From a virus, in IMG/VR virus record IMGVR_UViG_3300009151_000035, positions 83,554 through 147,553 of that record: 64,000 bases of DNA. One strand, given 5' to 3'. Position numbers and translations under genes: made by a program. The notes beneath the pieces are model-generated. The model had not been told where the DNA came from. It saw only the letters and a list, made by a program, of their open reading frames with translations, and made no database searches. Below, one piece after another: positions 63,237-64,000 of the stretch. Each line of letters opens with the position of its first letter. Position 1 is the first letter of the stretch.

Positions 63237-64000
63237 GTGGCAATTGTACAAATATCAAGAATTACCAACCGTAAAGGTCTACAAGAAGATCTTCCGCAAC
63301 CCCTGGCACCTGCTGAACTTGGTTGGGCAGTAGACACACGCCAATTGTTTATTGGACCAGGTACACTGGCCGAAGGTTCTCCTGATCAAAATAACAACGT
63401 AGAAATTCTTACTGAATATTCAGATATTTTAGCCACACAAACAGCTTATACCTATACTGGATTTGCTGCCACTGGATACAGTGTGCAAACTGGCCCCACA
63501 GCAGGCACGCCAATCAGTCAACCTTTGCAAAACAGACTGGACAGCTATTGTGTGGTCACTGATTTTGGTGCCACAGGAAATGGTACTACTGACGATACCG
63601 CGGCTATAAATCGCGCACTCTATCAATTGTACTGTGTTCAAGCAAATCCACAAATTCGAAGAAGTCTGTTTTTCCCTGCTGGCAGTTATAGAATCACCAA
63701 CACCATCCTAGTACCACCATATGCCATGCTGTATGGTGAAGGACCCAATAGCAGTATTTTAAACTTTACTGTTGCTGCATGGACCAGCACAGTGCCTTAT
63801 GCTGCAGGGGTGTTGGTAAGGTCCGGATCATACAATGCCGGATCGTTGACTATAGGCAGCACTTATACTATTACTGCTCTTGGTACCACTGATTTTACTT
63901 TGATAGGTGCATCATCAAATACTCCCGGAGTAACTTTCACTGCAACAGGAGCAGGATCTGGAACAGGAACAGTTACACAATATTTTAGATCAAACTTTGC
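63237..64000 (+). CDS. tail fibre/spike with pectate-lyase-3-like beta-helix start, 3'-truncated (not in ORF track)
   Basis: GTG after TAAATA and AAGGA; MAIVQISRI..RKG...ELGWAVDTRQLFIG; VTDFGATGNGTTDDTAAINRAL...LFFPAGSY. Confidence 0.8.
   Translation, partial: MAIVQISRITNRKGLQEDLPQPLAPAELGWAVDTRQLFIGPGTLAEGSPDQNNNVEILTEYSDILATQTAYTYTGFAATGYSVQTGPTAGTPISQPLQNRLDSYCVVTDFGATGNGTTDDTAAINRALYQLYCVQANPQIRRSLFFPAGSYRITNTILVPPYAMLYGEGPNSSILNFTVAAWTSTVPYAAGVLVRSGSYNAGSLTIGSTYTITALGTTDFTLIGASSNTPGVTFTATGAGSGTGTVTQYFRSNF

Noticed and set aside
321-63653. Numerous short antisense or nested ORFs in the six-frame track (e.g. 38262-38837, 60676-61062, 34988-35446)
   Set aside because: Shadow frames of well-supported genes, lacking RBS, promoter or motifs
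1-64000. Alternative genetic code (stop-codon reassignment, seen in some large phages)
   Set aside because: Core genes are full length under code 11, and TAA, TGA and TAG all end genes at sensible positions
1-64000. tRNA, rRNA, CRISPR array, IS/transposase
   Set aside because: Intergenic gaps are tiny; no cloverleaf, regularly spaced repeat-spacer units or transposase motifs seen by eye (tRNAscan not run)

Overview
A 64 kb segment of a large T4-like (myovirus) bacteriophage genome, almost all on the + strand. The IscU/IscA types and sigma70 promoters suggest a proteobacterial host (inference). Core genes recognisable from motifs: dNMP kinase, tail sheath, tail tube, gp4-like head-completion nuclease, large terminase, gp32 SSB, UvsX, UvsY, UvsW, primase, gp41/DnaB helicase, a PD-(D/E)XK exonuclease and the start of a tail fibre. 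Wedged between them is a very large tailoring-enzyme set: 7 radical-SAM enzymes with an N-terminal auxiliary Fe-S domain, phage IscU+IscA, about 10 glycosyltransferase-like genes, a cytidylyltransferase-cupin fusion, an FkbM methyltransferase, a sulfotransferase, an SDR, two 2OG-Fe(II)-like and three SGNH-like proteins. Other notable items: a 192-aa miniature DnaE-like polymerase core; a probably virion-packaged Pol-beta-NTase/ligase-fold fusion; T4-like capsid-targeting N-termini; repeated leaderless promoter-ATG geometry; an IscR-like dyad ahead of iscU-iscA; and a 3' hairpin whose loop is antisense to the RBS of its own operon. No tRNA, rRNA, CRISPR array or IS element was seen. All calls come from motif reading only; no database searches were run.
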